Source: the human T2T-CHM13v2.0 reference genome, Homo sapiens. From it: a stretch of DNA of 64,000 bases. How positions within the stretch are numbered: position 1 is the stretch's first letter; the number at the start of each line of letters is the position of its first letter. Below, in pieces: positions 13,496-25,232 of this stretch. The DNA lies in NCBI GenBank assembly GCA_009914755.4, contig CP068257.2, forward strand, positions 13,184,001 to 13,248,000, in the 5' to 3' direction. The notes under the pieces were generated by a model. It was given only the letters and a program-made list of their open reading frames with translations, was not told the DNA's origin and made no database searches. The translations under genes were made by a program, and so were the position numbers.

Positions 13496-14721
13496 GACGT
13501 CTTGTCCCCGTCCAGCTGCTTGTGTCTTCTTCCGCTGATGTGCTCCTCTCCACACCCGGCCGCCTGTGTGTCTGCCCGCTAGGGTCTCAGGTTTTTATAG
13601 GCTCAGGATGGGGGCATGGCAGGCCGGGGTGGTCTCGGAAAATGCAACATTTGGGTACAAAAGCAGGGGTGCCTGTCCTCACCCAGGTCCGTGGGAGTAG
13701 AGCCCTTGCCAGGGACCACACCGCACTTCCCTCTCCCCTTCAGTATCATTTAAAGGGACCATGGTCTTCCCTTCCCAGTACTACCATATCATTGTCTTTT
13801 CTTTACAATATTTAGATTAGCTGGAGAAAACACTTATGGGAAATAGTTATTTGGGTATTGTGACTTTTAGTTTGCGTTCTCTTGTTATAGATCCTTTTGC
13901 TCACAGGGATAGTCATTGTGCCCTGTTTGTCTTGTTTTGTGTCTTGAAAGCTTGGCTTGGATTTAGTAAGAGAGTTCTCTCTCTCTGGTTTTCTGCCTGC
14001 CAGGAGTACAGGTTGCCAAGTCTGTGCTAAGAGATGGCCAAACATCAGATTGGGATCCCAAGAATTTGTAGTTAGCTGGATAAAAATCTGGGTAGCCCGG
14101 GCATTCCATTTGTTGCTGGCATTCTATCCACCATTGCTAATTTTCAGCAGTTTCATCACAGAAAGACAGAGACTTAGAAGTGGTGTTTATAGAAGTGGCT
14201 TGAGAAACGACCTTAGATTCCAGGGGCTGTATGTTCTGCACCCTTTCTGGGAATGCCTCTTGTGTCCCCACTGTTAAGCCACAGAAAGTCTTACTACTTC
14301 TGAGTCGCATTTTGGAACAGGTATACCTTTGGAGATCCTAAATCATGAATGGCCAGATGACAGATCCTTTGATCTGAAAAAGCTTTTATATTTAAAAGGA
14401 TTTTTAGAGAGCTTCCCCCCTAAACAAATGACCTGTTTGTACCTATGGAAAAATCAAATTAAAAGAAGAAGAAGAGTATCATGGCTAGCCTAAAAGGATC
14501 CCTTGGCAAAATTAAATAGCAGAAATCACATTTACAACAAAAATTGAAATCCACACAGACCATAAACCCTTCCACTGACAGTTATTCTGTAGTTGTGCCA
14601 CAAGCCAGATGGCCCCCTGAAAAAAATTCTCCTCACCAACATAACAAATGGCCAGACCCTTTTCTAGGCCTTCCTGTAAATAATCAGAAGTTGGCTGATT
14701 TGGAGGCTGATATTCAGGGCC

Positions 14722-15052
14722 TGATATGGTTTGGTCCCCACTCAAATCTCAAGTTGAATTGAATATCCCAGAATTCCCACGTGTTTTGGGAGGGACCCAG
14801 AGGGAGGTAATTGAATCATGGGGGCCAGTTTTTCCCATGCCATTCTTGTGATAGTGAATAAGTCTCACAAGATCTGATAGTTTATCAGGGGTTTCTGCTT
14901 TTGCTTCTTCCTCATTTTCTCTTGCCACCACCATGTAAGAAGTACCTTTCACCTCCCGCCATGATTCTGAGGCCTCCCCAACCATGTGGAACTGTAAGTC
15001 CATTTAATCCTCTTTTTCTTCCCAGTCTTGGGTATGTCTTTATCAGCAGCAT
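14722..15052 (+). mobile_element. ERVL-MaLR LTR of the THE1/MST group
   Basis: Begins tgatatggtttggtccccactcaaatctcaagttgaattg...ggtaattgaatcatggggg and ends ...cccagtcttgggtatgtctttatcagcagc. Confidence 0.8.
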
Positions 15053-15649
15053 AAAAAAGGTCTGATACAGGGCCTGATGGGAGTTATTTTAGAAGCCTTC
15101 CCTCTGAAGTCTGCTTGGACTAACATGGAACTATGTATTCCGAAGGAGGGTCTCATCCCAAAACCTGTGTCAAACAATTGGCACATAGCTCTAAATCCAG
15201 AAGCCCTAGAACATAGAAATCTTTTGATTTCTACCTTAGTTAGAAGTCTTCTTCCTTAGATGTAAAGAAACAATTAAAAAAAAAATCAGGTATAAGCCAC
15301 AAAGTGTTGTGTCTTTAACAAAAGAGACTGCCTCAGAGAACCTTAGAAAGGACTGTGACAGATACTGTGTGGTACAGGCTTCTGATGACATCACTTAAAT
15401 AACTTTAAGATTATACCACTGACCTAAGTAAAAGAAAATTCAGAACTTATGGAGATGCTGATAGGTCATAAAACCACTAACCCAAGATCAAGCAAAACAA
15501 GAATTACATGAAATTGAATGAACTGATGAAAAATGATTATCATTTTGCTTGTGACTCTTGCTCAAAATATTGCTAGCTGTTTAGTATTCTGTTTTCTGGA
15601 TATAAGGAATCCCTTTCCTTTTCTCTCCAGCTATCTAGAAATCAAAACA

Positions 15650-16115
15650 ATTTAGTAGATTATATTCACAATAGCAAAGTCACAGAATCAACCTAAGTGT
15701 CTACCCTAAGTGGATGATTGAATAAAGAAAATATGTTATATATACACTATGAAATAGTATGCAGCCATATAAAAGAATGAAATCATGTCTATTGCAGCAA
15801 CATGGATGGAGATGTAGGCCATTATCCTAAGTGAAATAACTCAGAAACAGAAAATCAAATATTGTACATTCTCACGTATCAGTGGAAACTAAACAATGGG
15901 TACACATGAATGCACAGAAGGAAATAATAGACACTAGGAACTCCAAAAGTGAGGATGTTGGGAGAAGGCATGAGAAATGGAAAATTACCTGTTGGGTACA
16001 ATATTCATTATTCAGGTTCTGGGTACACTAGAAGCCCAAACCCCACCACTACACAATATATCTACGTAACAAACCTTCACATGTACCTCCTGAATTTAAA
16101 TTTATTTTTTTAATT
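15650..16115 (+). mobile_element. L1 3' end fragment (ORF2 C-terminus plus 3'UTR), older subfamily
   Basis: cacaatagcaaagtcacagaatcaacctaagtg...atgcagccatataaaagaatgaaatcatgtc...cctaagtgaaataactcagaaacagaaaatcaaata, as in L1 ORF2/3'UTR. Confidence 0.8.
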
Positions 16116-16377
16116 TAGTAGATTAAACTTTGTCAACAAAAATAAAGCATTTATCTTTTTCTCTCTACCTAATCCTGTCAGAAATTGGAGGATACTTTTG
16201 AGTATTTTTATTTTTCTGTAAATATAGTTATTTGCATAAATTTAATAATAATCTGTTCTCCTTGTAATAGAATGTCTTTGTTTTGTGCTGCTGTAATAGA
16301 ATATCTGAGACTGAGTAAAAGCAAAAATTTATTTCCTCACATTTCAGGAGGCTGTGAAGTCCAAGATCAAGGTTCTA

Positions 16378-16752
16378 TGTATTTGTTTGGTCTCACATTA
16401 CTATAAGGAAATACCCAAGATTGGGTAATTTGTAAAGGAAAGAGGTTTAATTGAATCACAGTTTATCATGGCTGGTGAGGCCTCAGGAAACTTACAATCA
16501 TGGTGGAAGGCAAAGGGGAAGGAAGGCACCTTCTTCATAAGGCAGCAGGAAGAAGTGCTGAGCAAAGGAGGAAAAGTCCCTTATAAAACCATCAGATAAG
16601 GAGAGAACTCACTCAGTATCACAAGAACAGCATGAAAGAAACCACACTCATGATTCAATTACCTACACCTGGTCTCTCCCTTGACACTTAGAGATTATGG
16701 GAAATATAATTCAAGATGAGATTTGAGTGGGGACACAAAGCCTAACCATATC
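16378..16752 (-). mobile_element. THE1/MST-type MaLR LTR. On the + strand it is immediately upstream of the antisense MaLR internal sequence at 16753-17928, so it is the 3' LTR of that element
   Basis: tgtatttgtttggtctcacattactataaggaaatacccaagattgg... ending ...gcctaaccatatca. Confidence 0.8.
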
Positions 16753-17928
16753 ATTCCACTCCTGACCCTTCCCAAATCTCATGTTTCATTCACATTTCAA
16801 AACCAATTATGCCTTCCCAACAGTCCCCCAAAGTCTTAATTCATTCCAGCATTAACCCAAAAGTCCAAGTTTAAAGTCTCATCTGAGAAAAGGCAAGTCT
16901 CTTCCACCTATGAGACTGTAAAATCAAAGCAAGTTAGTTGCTTCCTAGATACAATGGGAGTAAAGGCATTGGGTAAATACACCCATTCCAAATGGGAGAA
17001 ATTGGCCAGAATGAAAGGGCTACAGGCCCCATGGAAGTCCAAAATCCAGCAACACAGTAATTAAAGCTTAAAGCTCTAAAATGATCTCCTTTGACTCCAT
17101 GTCTCACATCCAAGTCATGCTGATGCAAGAGGTGGGCTCCCATGATCTTGGGCAGCTCTGTCCCTGTGGCTTTACAGGTTACAGCCCCCCTCCCAGCTGC
17201 TAGTACAGGCTGACATTGAGTGTCTGCAGCTTCTCCAGGTGCATGATGCAAGCTGTCAGTGGATCTGCCATTCTGGGGTCTGGAGGATGGTGGCTGTCTT
17301 CTCACAGTTCCACTAGGCAGTGCCCCCATGGGGACTCTGTGTGGGAGCTCCCATCCCACATTTCCCTTCTGCACTGCGCTAGCAGAGGTACTCCACAAGG
17401 GCTCCACCCCTGTGGCACACCTCTGCCTTGACATCCAGACGTTTCCATGCATCCTCTGAAAAATATAGGTGGGGGTTCCCAAACCTCCAAATGGTGGCTT
17501 CCATGCAGAGTTGACTTCTGTGCACCCCCAGGCCCAACTCTGCATGGAAGCCACCAAGGCTTGGGGCTTGCACCCTCTGAAGCAATGACCTGAGCTCTAT
17601 GTTGGTCCCTTTTAGCCAGGGCTAGTACACAGAGCACCAAGTTCTAAGACTGCACAAAGAAGCAAGGCCCTGGGCCTGGCCCAGGAAACCATTTATTCTT
17701 CTTAGGCCTCTGGGCCTGTGATGGGAGGGGCTGCCATGAAGTCTTCTGACATGCCCCAGAGACATTTTCCCCATTGCCTTGGCAATTCACATTTGGCCCC
17801 TTGTTACTTATGCAAATTTCTGCAGCTGGCTTGACTTTCTCCCTAGAAAATGAGTTTTTCTTTTTTGTCACATCATCAGACTGCAAATGTTTTAATCTTT
17901 TATGCTCTGCTCCTCTTTTAAACAAGAA
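16753..17928 (-). mobile_element. MaLR internal region (non-coding, THE1/MST-int-like), truncated
   Basis: About 85% identical to 31301-32480, the interior of the near-complete element. Track ORFs 16934..17557 and 17302..17640 lie here and are repeat-derived. Confidence 0.7.
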
Positions 17929-18222
17929 GGGAGCTGATTGGATCATGGGGGCATGAGATATGCTATTCTCATAATAATGAGTGAGTTCTCACAAGATCTG
18001 ATGATTTCATAAGTGTTTGAAGTTCCTTCTTCATTCTCTCTCCTGCCACCATGTGAAGAATTGAAGAAGGTTCTTGCTTCCCCTTTGCCTCCCACCATGA
18101 TTTTAAGTTCTCTAAGGCCTCCCCAGACATGTGGAACTGTGAGTCAATTAAAACTGTTTCCTGTATAAATTACCTAGTCTAGGACATTTCTTTATAGCAG
18201 TGTGAAAATGAACTACTGTTAC
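17929..18222 (+). mobile_element. THE1/MST-type LTR, 5'-truncated, inverted relative to the adjacent element
   Basis: ggatcatgggggcatgag...ctcacaagatctgatgatttcataag...catgtggaactgtgagtcaattaaaactgtttcctgtataaattacctagtct...agcagtgtgaaaatgaactactgttacaca. Confidence 0.7.
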
Positions 18223-18530
18223 ACACCTGCATACACATTATCATAAACTGTATTTCCCATATGTTCCTCCAAAATCCATTTGTCTTTCCTAAAGAAATTC
18301 ATGTTTTCTTCTCATAGAAGTCTTTTTATCTTCCTTCTCTTTTTAAACGAGGTACATAAACCTCTACCTTTAGCCATTTAGTGAGCCACTTCTTTTGTGC
18401 GCTCCCACATGCATATGAATCAACTTTCTGATTTTGTTTTCTCTTGCTAGTCTGTCTTTTGTCAGGTTAATCTGGGGGTCCCAACCACTGAACTTAAATA
18501 GGGAGAGGAAACTTTTACTTCCCAGACAAT
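18223..18530 (+). repeat. Unassigned interspersed repeat, copy B (homologous to 11790-12075)
   Basis: See copy A. The AATAAA position is mutated in this copy (atatgaatcaac). Confidence 0.5.
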
Positions 18531-19439
18531 GGTTGAGCATTTAGTTCTCAAAAAAAAGGCAGGGGACCAGCAGAATTAAAGAGAGCAAATAGATAATGAT
18601 GCCTGCTGAAGACAAAAAAGAAGTGGAACAAAGGAAAAATGTAGAAAGAGCAGAAGGTCAAGAGAAACATGGCATTCTTTAGTTGGTATTAAAACAAGCC
18701 TATAGACTAGACATTACATAAATAAATATGGCATAATAAAACTCAGTAAACTAAAGTCAACTCCTTATCTACATAGACCACTGAAAAAGTAAGAGTTGGA
18801 ATCAGAAGAACTTGTGTGACCCAAAACTATTTAGGAAATAGAATACTTATCTAATGGCTGTATTTAATTCCTTTCAAAAGGATAGAATGATAAAATTTAT
18901 TGTTTCCTACTGTTCCAACACGATCATTACAAAATTTTCTGTATAAACTGGAACTTTCAAATTTCATGCTCGAACTAAATCTGATATGAAGATGACTGTG
19001 GCCCCTTGGGAAGAATTATGATCCAACAATGAGAAGCCTTGGCCTTCATCTTTATGGTACATACATCATTCATTATAGATATCTATGTTTCATAATAGAC
19101 CTTGCCAGTATGAATTGTATTTCTAGCACTAGGCTGATAAAACTGACACCTCAGCCTTCCAAAGTGATATCTAAATATGGAATGCAGAGGCAATTATTGT
19201 GACCTATGGCTACAAACATAAACATTCCACATAACCCTCCACCACCACGACACCTACAAATGCACAAATTACCATGGATATGTCATTTCCTAAGGTTGAA
19301 TTATGGGCCAGCCTACCCACAGGACAAGAAGAAGCACCCTAAGATTAATTAATTTGCATAAATTCTGAGGTGTTTTCCTCCCAAAGTTTATGCCCACATT
19401 GGCCTTCCTGACTCACAGTTAAACCTCTCTTTGGGATAA

Positions 19440-20510
19440 AATAAGGCATGGGCAAAGCCTTCATAACTAAAACACCAAAAGCAATGGCAACAAAAGCCAA
19501 AATTGACAAATGGAATCTAATTAAATAAAGAGCTTCTGCACAGCAAAAAAAACTATCATCAGAGTGAACAGGCAACCTACAGAATGAGAGAATTTTTTTG
19601 CAATCTATCCATCTGAAAAAGGGCTAATATCCAGAATCTACAAAGAGCTTATACAAATTTACAAGGAAAAAAAACCCATCAAAAGGTGGGTGAAGGATAT
19701 GAACAGACACTTCTCAAAAGAAGATATTTATGCAGCCAACAAACATATAAAAAAAGCTCATTTTCACTGGTCATTAAAGAAATGCAAATCAAAACCACAA
19801 TGAGATACCATCTCACACCAGTTAGAATGGCGATCATTAAAAAAGTCAGGAAACAACAGATGCTGGAGAGGATGTGGAGAAATAGGAATGCTTTTACACT
19901 GTTGGTGGAAGCGTAAATTAGTTCAACCATTGTGGAAGACAGTATGGCAATTCCTCAAGGATCTAGAGCCAGAAATACAATTTGACCCAGCAATCCCATT
20001 ACTGGGTATATACCCAAAGGATTATAAAACATTCTACTATAAAGACACATGCACATGTATGTTTACTGCAGCACTATTCACAATAGCAAAGACTTGGAAC
20101 CAACCAAAATGCCAATCAATGATACACTGGATAAAGAAAATGTGGCACATATATACCATGGAATACCATGCAGCCATAAAAAAGGATGAGTTCATGTCCT
20201 TTGCAGAGACATGGATGAAACTGGAAACCATCATCCCCAGCAAACTAACACAGGAACAGAAAGCCAAACACTGCATGTTCTCACTCACAAGTGGGAGTTG
20301 AACAATGAGAACACATGGACACAGGGAGGGGAATATCACACACCGGGGCCTGTCAGGGGGTGGGGGCCTAGGGGAGGGGTAGCATTAGGAGAAATACCTA
20401 ATGTAGATGATGGGTTGGGATGCAGCAAACACCATAGCTCATGTATACCTATGTAACAAACCTGCATGTTCTGCACATGTACCCCAGAACTTAAAGTACA
20501 ATTAAAAAAA
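19440..20510 (+). mobile_element. L1 3' end (ORF2 C-terminal portion plus 3'UTR and poly-A tail)
   Basis: Encodes ...[26 protein letters not shown]...[17 protein letters not shown].... Ends ...cctatgtaacaaacctgcatgttctgcacatgtaccccagaacttaaagtacaattaaaaaaaa. Confidence 0.9.
19888..20301 (+). pseudogene. L1 ORF2 (reverse transcriptase) C-terminal remnant; not a host gene
   Basis: Track [49 protein letters not shown]...WIKKMWHIYTMEYHAAIKKDEFMSFAETWMKLETII matches the L1 ORF2p C-terminus. Confidence 0.85.
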
Positions 20511-20891
20511 ATACCTATCCTCAGATTGAATTATGCTGTAAATGTGAAAGAACCTGTCTCAGTGCTAGCTACATAGAACAACTTCAATAAATATTTGCTG
20601 AAAAAGTGAGCCATGCCTCCAAATAAACGCCCTAGACAATTACAGACAGAGCTAGCATATTACGACCACTTGATAACCACTGTTGATTGTACAATTATCT
20701 TTTCTACTCCTTCAAGCATATGGAGCAGCACAGAGCTTTGTCACCATTTTCTCCACTTATCCTGCCTAATTGCCTCATAAACTTTGCTCCATGAATAATC
20801 CTATATTAGTCTGGTATTTTCAATCACTTATTCTCCAGTGTCTTTCTCTCTCAGGCCAAAATATGGTTGGGGCTCTCACATACTTAAATGA

Positions 20892-21306
<415 letters not shown>

Positions 21307-22344
21307 ACTGAACTCATTTTAAACTGGCTTCTCCTTTACAACTACAAAAAATGTGGCAACTAAGGCTACTACAAGCTTCTTAGCTGCTCCTTTCAATAAA
21401 TGTGGTTCAAAATTCATATAACTTTATTTTTATTTTTGTTTAGTGATACTTGTCTTCCTGGAACTCACTTAGCTTCAATTACACAAAATCCTCCAAGTTT
21501 TCCTCTTTCTGATTTTTCTTTCTTAATCTGTTCTTCTAGTTCATTTTTCTCCTTTTCTTCATAATTCTTTCCTTGATTCCTTCCTTTTCTCAGTCTGCAT
21601 ATACTTTCCTTGAGTGATCTCAACCATCCTCACAGTTTTAATCTCACCTATGTCCCTAAATTTCTCTCTAACACTAGCTACTCTTCAGTCTTCCTATAAA
21701 ATATTTGCAGCTGTTCCTTGATAGGTACTCCACAGGAACTTCAAGCTCCACATGTTCAAAATGGAATGTTTCTTTAAATATTGTCATCCAGCAGTAATTT
21801 CAATTATGCTCATTACCAAACAATTCCCAAGATTTGTTCATTCTAAGTCATAAATATGTCTGGAATCTGTCTTTTCCCCTCAATCCCCACCACTCTCCCT
21901 GAGCTCATGTCTTGGACAGTTATGATACTGTAAATTTTATTCTCTTGGTTCCTCAATCTTCTCCTTGAATATGTCTCTCTGTTACTAACATAAGAACAAA
22001 ATAAAATCTTTTGCTTAGCTAATTCACTCAGACTTCTTCTAATCTTCTACCATGGCCACACGATTTATTCATTCATTCAAGAAATCTTTATTATAATTAC
22101 TTAATATGTGTTCTTGTAAATGGCAGAGATATAATGATGAATAAATGGTGGTCACTAAACTTGTGAAATTTACAACCTAGTAGAGAGGAAAAGCAAACAA
22201 AAAAGGTTACAAAAGTGGTAGATGCTATGTATTTAGGATATATATATTCAGTACAGCAGAGGCATTAGAGAATGAGTGGACGACTTTTCTGATTCTTAGG
22301 CCCACTGATGCCACACTGGACTCTTGAAAGAACAGAATGATGAG

Positions 22345-22920
22345 GAAGGGAAGAGTTTTTTTTCTCATCTTTTATTTTAGGCTCAGGGGATACATGTGCA
22401 GGTTTGTTACATGGGTATAATGTGTGTCATTGGAGTTTGGTATACAAATGATTTCATCACCCAGGTAGTGAGCATAGTACCTGATAGGTAGTTTTTTTAC
22501 CCTCACCATCCTCCCACCCTCAAGTAGGCCCTAGTGTCTATTGTTCTCATCTTTGTATCCATGTGTGCTCAATGTTTAGTTCCCACTTATAAGTGAGAAC
22601 ATGGGGTATGTGGTCTGCTGTTCTGCATTAATTTGCTTAGGATAATGGCCTCCAGCTTCATCCACGTTGCAGCAAGGACATTATTTCATTTTCTTTTGTG
22701 GTTGCATAGTATTCCATTGTGTATATGTACCACATTTTCTTCATAATCCACTATTGATGGGCATCTAGGTTAATCCCATGTCTTTGCGAATGTGAATAGT
22801 GCTGGCATGAACATATGGGTGCATGTGTCTTTCTGTTAGAGCGAGTTATATTCCTTTGGGTATATACCGGAAATCGGATTGCCAGGTCAATGGTAGATCT
22901 GTGTTAAGTTCTTTGAGAAA
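22345..22920 (-). mobile_element. L1 3' end fragment (antisense)
   Basis: tttattttaggctcaggggatacatgtgcaggtttgttacatgggtata...cccacttataagtgagaacatggggtatgtggtc... is the reverse complement of the L1 ORF2 3' end and 3'UTR. Confidence 0.85.
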
Positions 22921-24390
22921 CCCGAAAAGTGAGTTTTGAAAAGCCTTGTGCTCTAGATAAACCAAATTACTTAAGATTTCTTTTATTCTCTCTCTCCTTT
23001 AATATGTCGTATAACTACACATATTGCTCCTAATTAAAATGTCTCCTCTTTCAGACACCCAATTCACTCCTTCTAAGCCATCTCAAAAGTCATCTATCAT
23101 GCAGACCTTTTATGACTCTCCCAAAAACTAAATCATTCTCTTCTCTCTGATCCATAGCTTATTGGTAACTCTAATCTACACTGTAGTCATTTGCTTCCAC
23201 TTCAGTTATTTAGAGGGAGGAGTTATGTGTTTTCCATCTTCGCATCCTGATTTCTGGCAAATAACAACCAGAGTCTCCATTATCATCTGTTGAATGGTTA
23301 CAGCACACCAAGTGTTTGATGTACATTATCACTAATTTTCACAATAATCCTTAACTGTAAACATTATTATCATGCTTACATCTGACTAAGGGGCAGAGAG
23401 GCTGTGTTTACCTAGCTCAACACAGTTAGTAAGTGGTGAAGCTGAGTTTGAAATTTAGGTGTCAATCTCTCTCCAAAACCTATATATTCTTATTGATGAA
23501 CTACAGTATCATCCTAGTCGATAGTGAAGGAATGTTGAAAGGATAAATAGATAGATTCATGAATAAATCAGTGGTTGAGTACATGATCTTCTAGAGTTGA
23601 AATAATAAAATATTAGCACAAGCTCCATACCCATTAGCTTCTTCTCATATGTGAGATAATACTGAAACCCACAAAATTTTATTGTAGTCTTGCTGCGTAT
23701 ATCCTAATTGTCTGTCTTGATCTGCTTATGTCTTATATAGACATATACACAAAAATAATTGCTTTTTTAAATGAAAACTTCCATAAGATTCCACCTAGTA
23801 GAACATAAAATAATACAGCTGAACATATGTAATTACATTATGTAATTATGCTATGTAATGCCACATAAGGTATTATCAATAGATTAAGTGTTTTTGTCCA
23901 GATAGAAAACAATCTGATAAATAAAATGTGATTATTGCTGTCATTAGATATACTTTAGAAAGATATTTTCACTTGTTTCAGATCTTATACCTAATATCCT
24001 AAGTTATGTTGTAACTTCATCACATGTAATGTGTGATATATAAATACCCAAATAGGAATAGATCATATTTTGGTGTCATTTGGTGTTTATCTTGCCTGGA
24101 AATCCTAGAAACCAGAAACCAGAGGGTGACAGACAATTCTCAGTTTTGTGCATTTTGTATTAACTTTCATAAGCAAGTTCTATAATTTGCAACCTCATGA
24201 AGACAACAAAAAGTTGAGGCTGATTATGTCTACTAAATAGTTACCTTGGGCATACTTCTATAGTTAATGTCCAGTGAGATTTTAGTATTAACTTACTATG
24301 GCTTCCATATTCCTCAGCATACATTAAACTATGCTGCAGTAACACATCAACCCCTAATTCCAAGGATATGGTAGGTCAAATAATGATATC

Positions 24391-24744
24391 TGATATGACG
24401 TGGATGTTTGTCCCCTCCAAATTTCATGTTGAAGTTTGACCCCCAGTGTTGGAGGTGGGCCTAGTGGGAGATGTTCAGGTCATGGGAGCTGATACCTCAG
24501 GAATGGCTTGGTGTTGTCTTCATGGTAGTGAATGAGTTCTCACTCTACGAGTTCACGTGATGTACTGGCTCCCTCTTTGCCTTCCACCATGACTGTAAGC
24601 TTCCTGAGGCCTCACCACAAGCCAAACAGATGCACGTGCCATGCTTGCACAACCTACAGAAACATGAACCAAATAAAACCCTTTTCTTTATAAATTACCC
24701 AGTCTCAAGTATTCCTTTATAGCAATGCAGAATGGCTTAATATA
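24391..24744 (+). mobile_element. THE1/MST-group MaLR LTR
   Basis: tgatatgacgtggatgtttgtcccctccaaatttcatgttgaag...ggtcatgggagctga...cctcaccacaagccaaacagatg...ttctttataaattacccagtctcaagtattcctttatagcaatgcagaatggcttaata. Confidence 0.75.
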
Positions 24745-24745
24745 G

Positions 24746-25232
24746 TCTCCAATGGTGTCCATATCCTAATCTCAAGAACCTGTAACTATGTTACCTTATT
24801 TAGCAAGAGGGACTTTGCAGATTAAGTTAAGAATGTTGGAATGGGGAACTCTGCTGGATTATTTGGGTGGGTCCGAGTAATCACACAGGTCCTCATAAGA
24901 TGGAGGCAAGAAGGTCAGAGCGAGAGAAGAAAATGTGAAATTAGAAGTAGCAAACAGGGAGACAAGGAGAGGAAAACACAGATTTGAAGATGTTATGCTG
25001 TTAGCTTTGAAGATGAAGGAAGGGGCCACAAGCCAAGGAATACTGGTATCCTGTAGAAGTTGCAAAAAGCAAGGAAATAGATTCTCCCCAAGAGCATCTA
25101 GTAGCACTATACAGCTTTGACAACATCTTGATTTTAGAACTTCTCAATCCCACAACTATAAGATAATAAATTTGCTTTGTTTTAAGCCACTTAGTTCACG
25201 GTAATTTGTTATAGTAACAATAGGAAACTAAG
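24746..25232 (+). mobile_element. MSTA/MLT1-type MaLR LTR (5'-truncated), directly abutting the previous LTR
   Basis: gtccatatcctaatctcaagaacctgtaactatgttaccttatttagcaagagggactttgcagat...ggtgggtccgagtaatcacacaggtcctcataag...ataataaatttgctttgttttaagccacttagttcacggtaatttgttatagtaacaataggaaactaag. Confidence 0.8.

Noticed and set aside
12679-13815. Very long ORFs on both strands (up to 275 aa; Pro/Ala/Ser-rich on +, Gly/Ala/Glu/Arg-rich on -)
   Set aside because: They are translation artefacts of the 15/16-bp GC-rich tandem repeat. The periodic unit removes stop codons in several frames, and the products are pure low-complexity repeats
16934-17640. 207-aa and 112-aa antisense ORFs, and paralogous ORFs at 31750-32600
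   Set aside because: They lie within MaLR internal sequence, which is non-coding. The same ORFs recur in the second MaLR copy, which shows they are repeat-derived
19888-20301. 137-aa ORF that looks like a real protein
   Set aside because: It is the C-terminal end of L1 ORF2p inside a 3' L1 fragment that continues into the L1 3'UTR and poly-A. It is a mobile-element remnant, not a host gene
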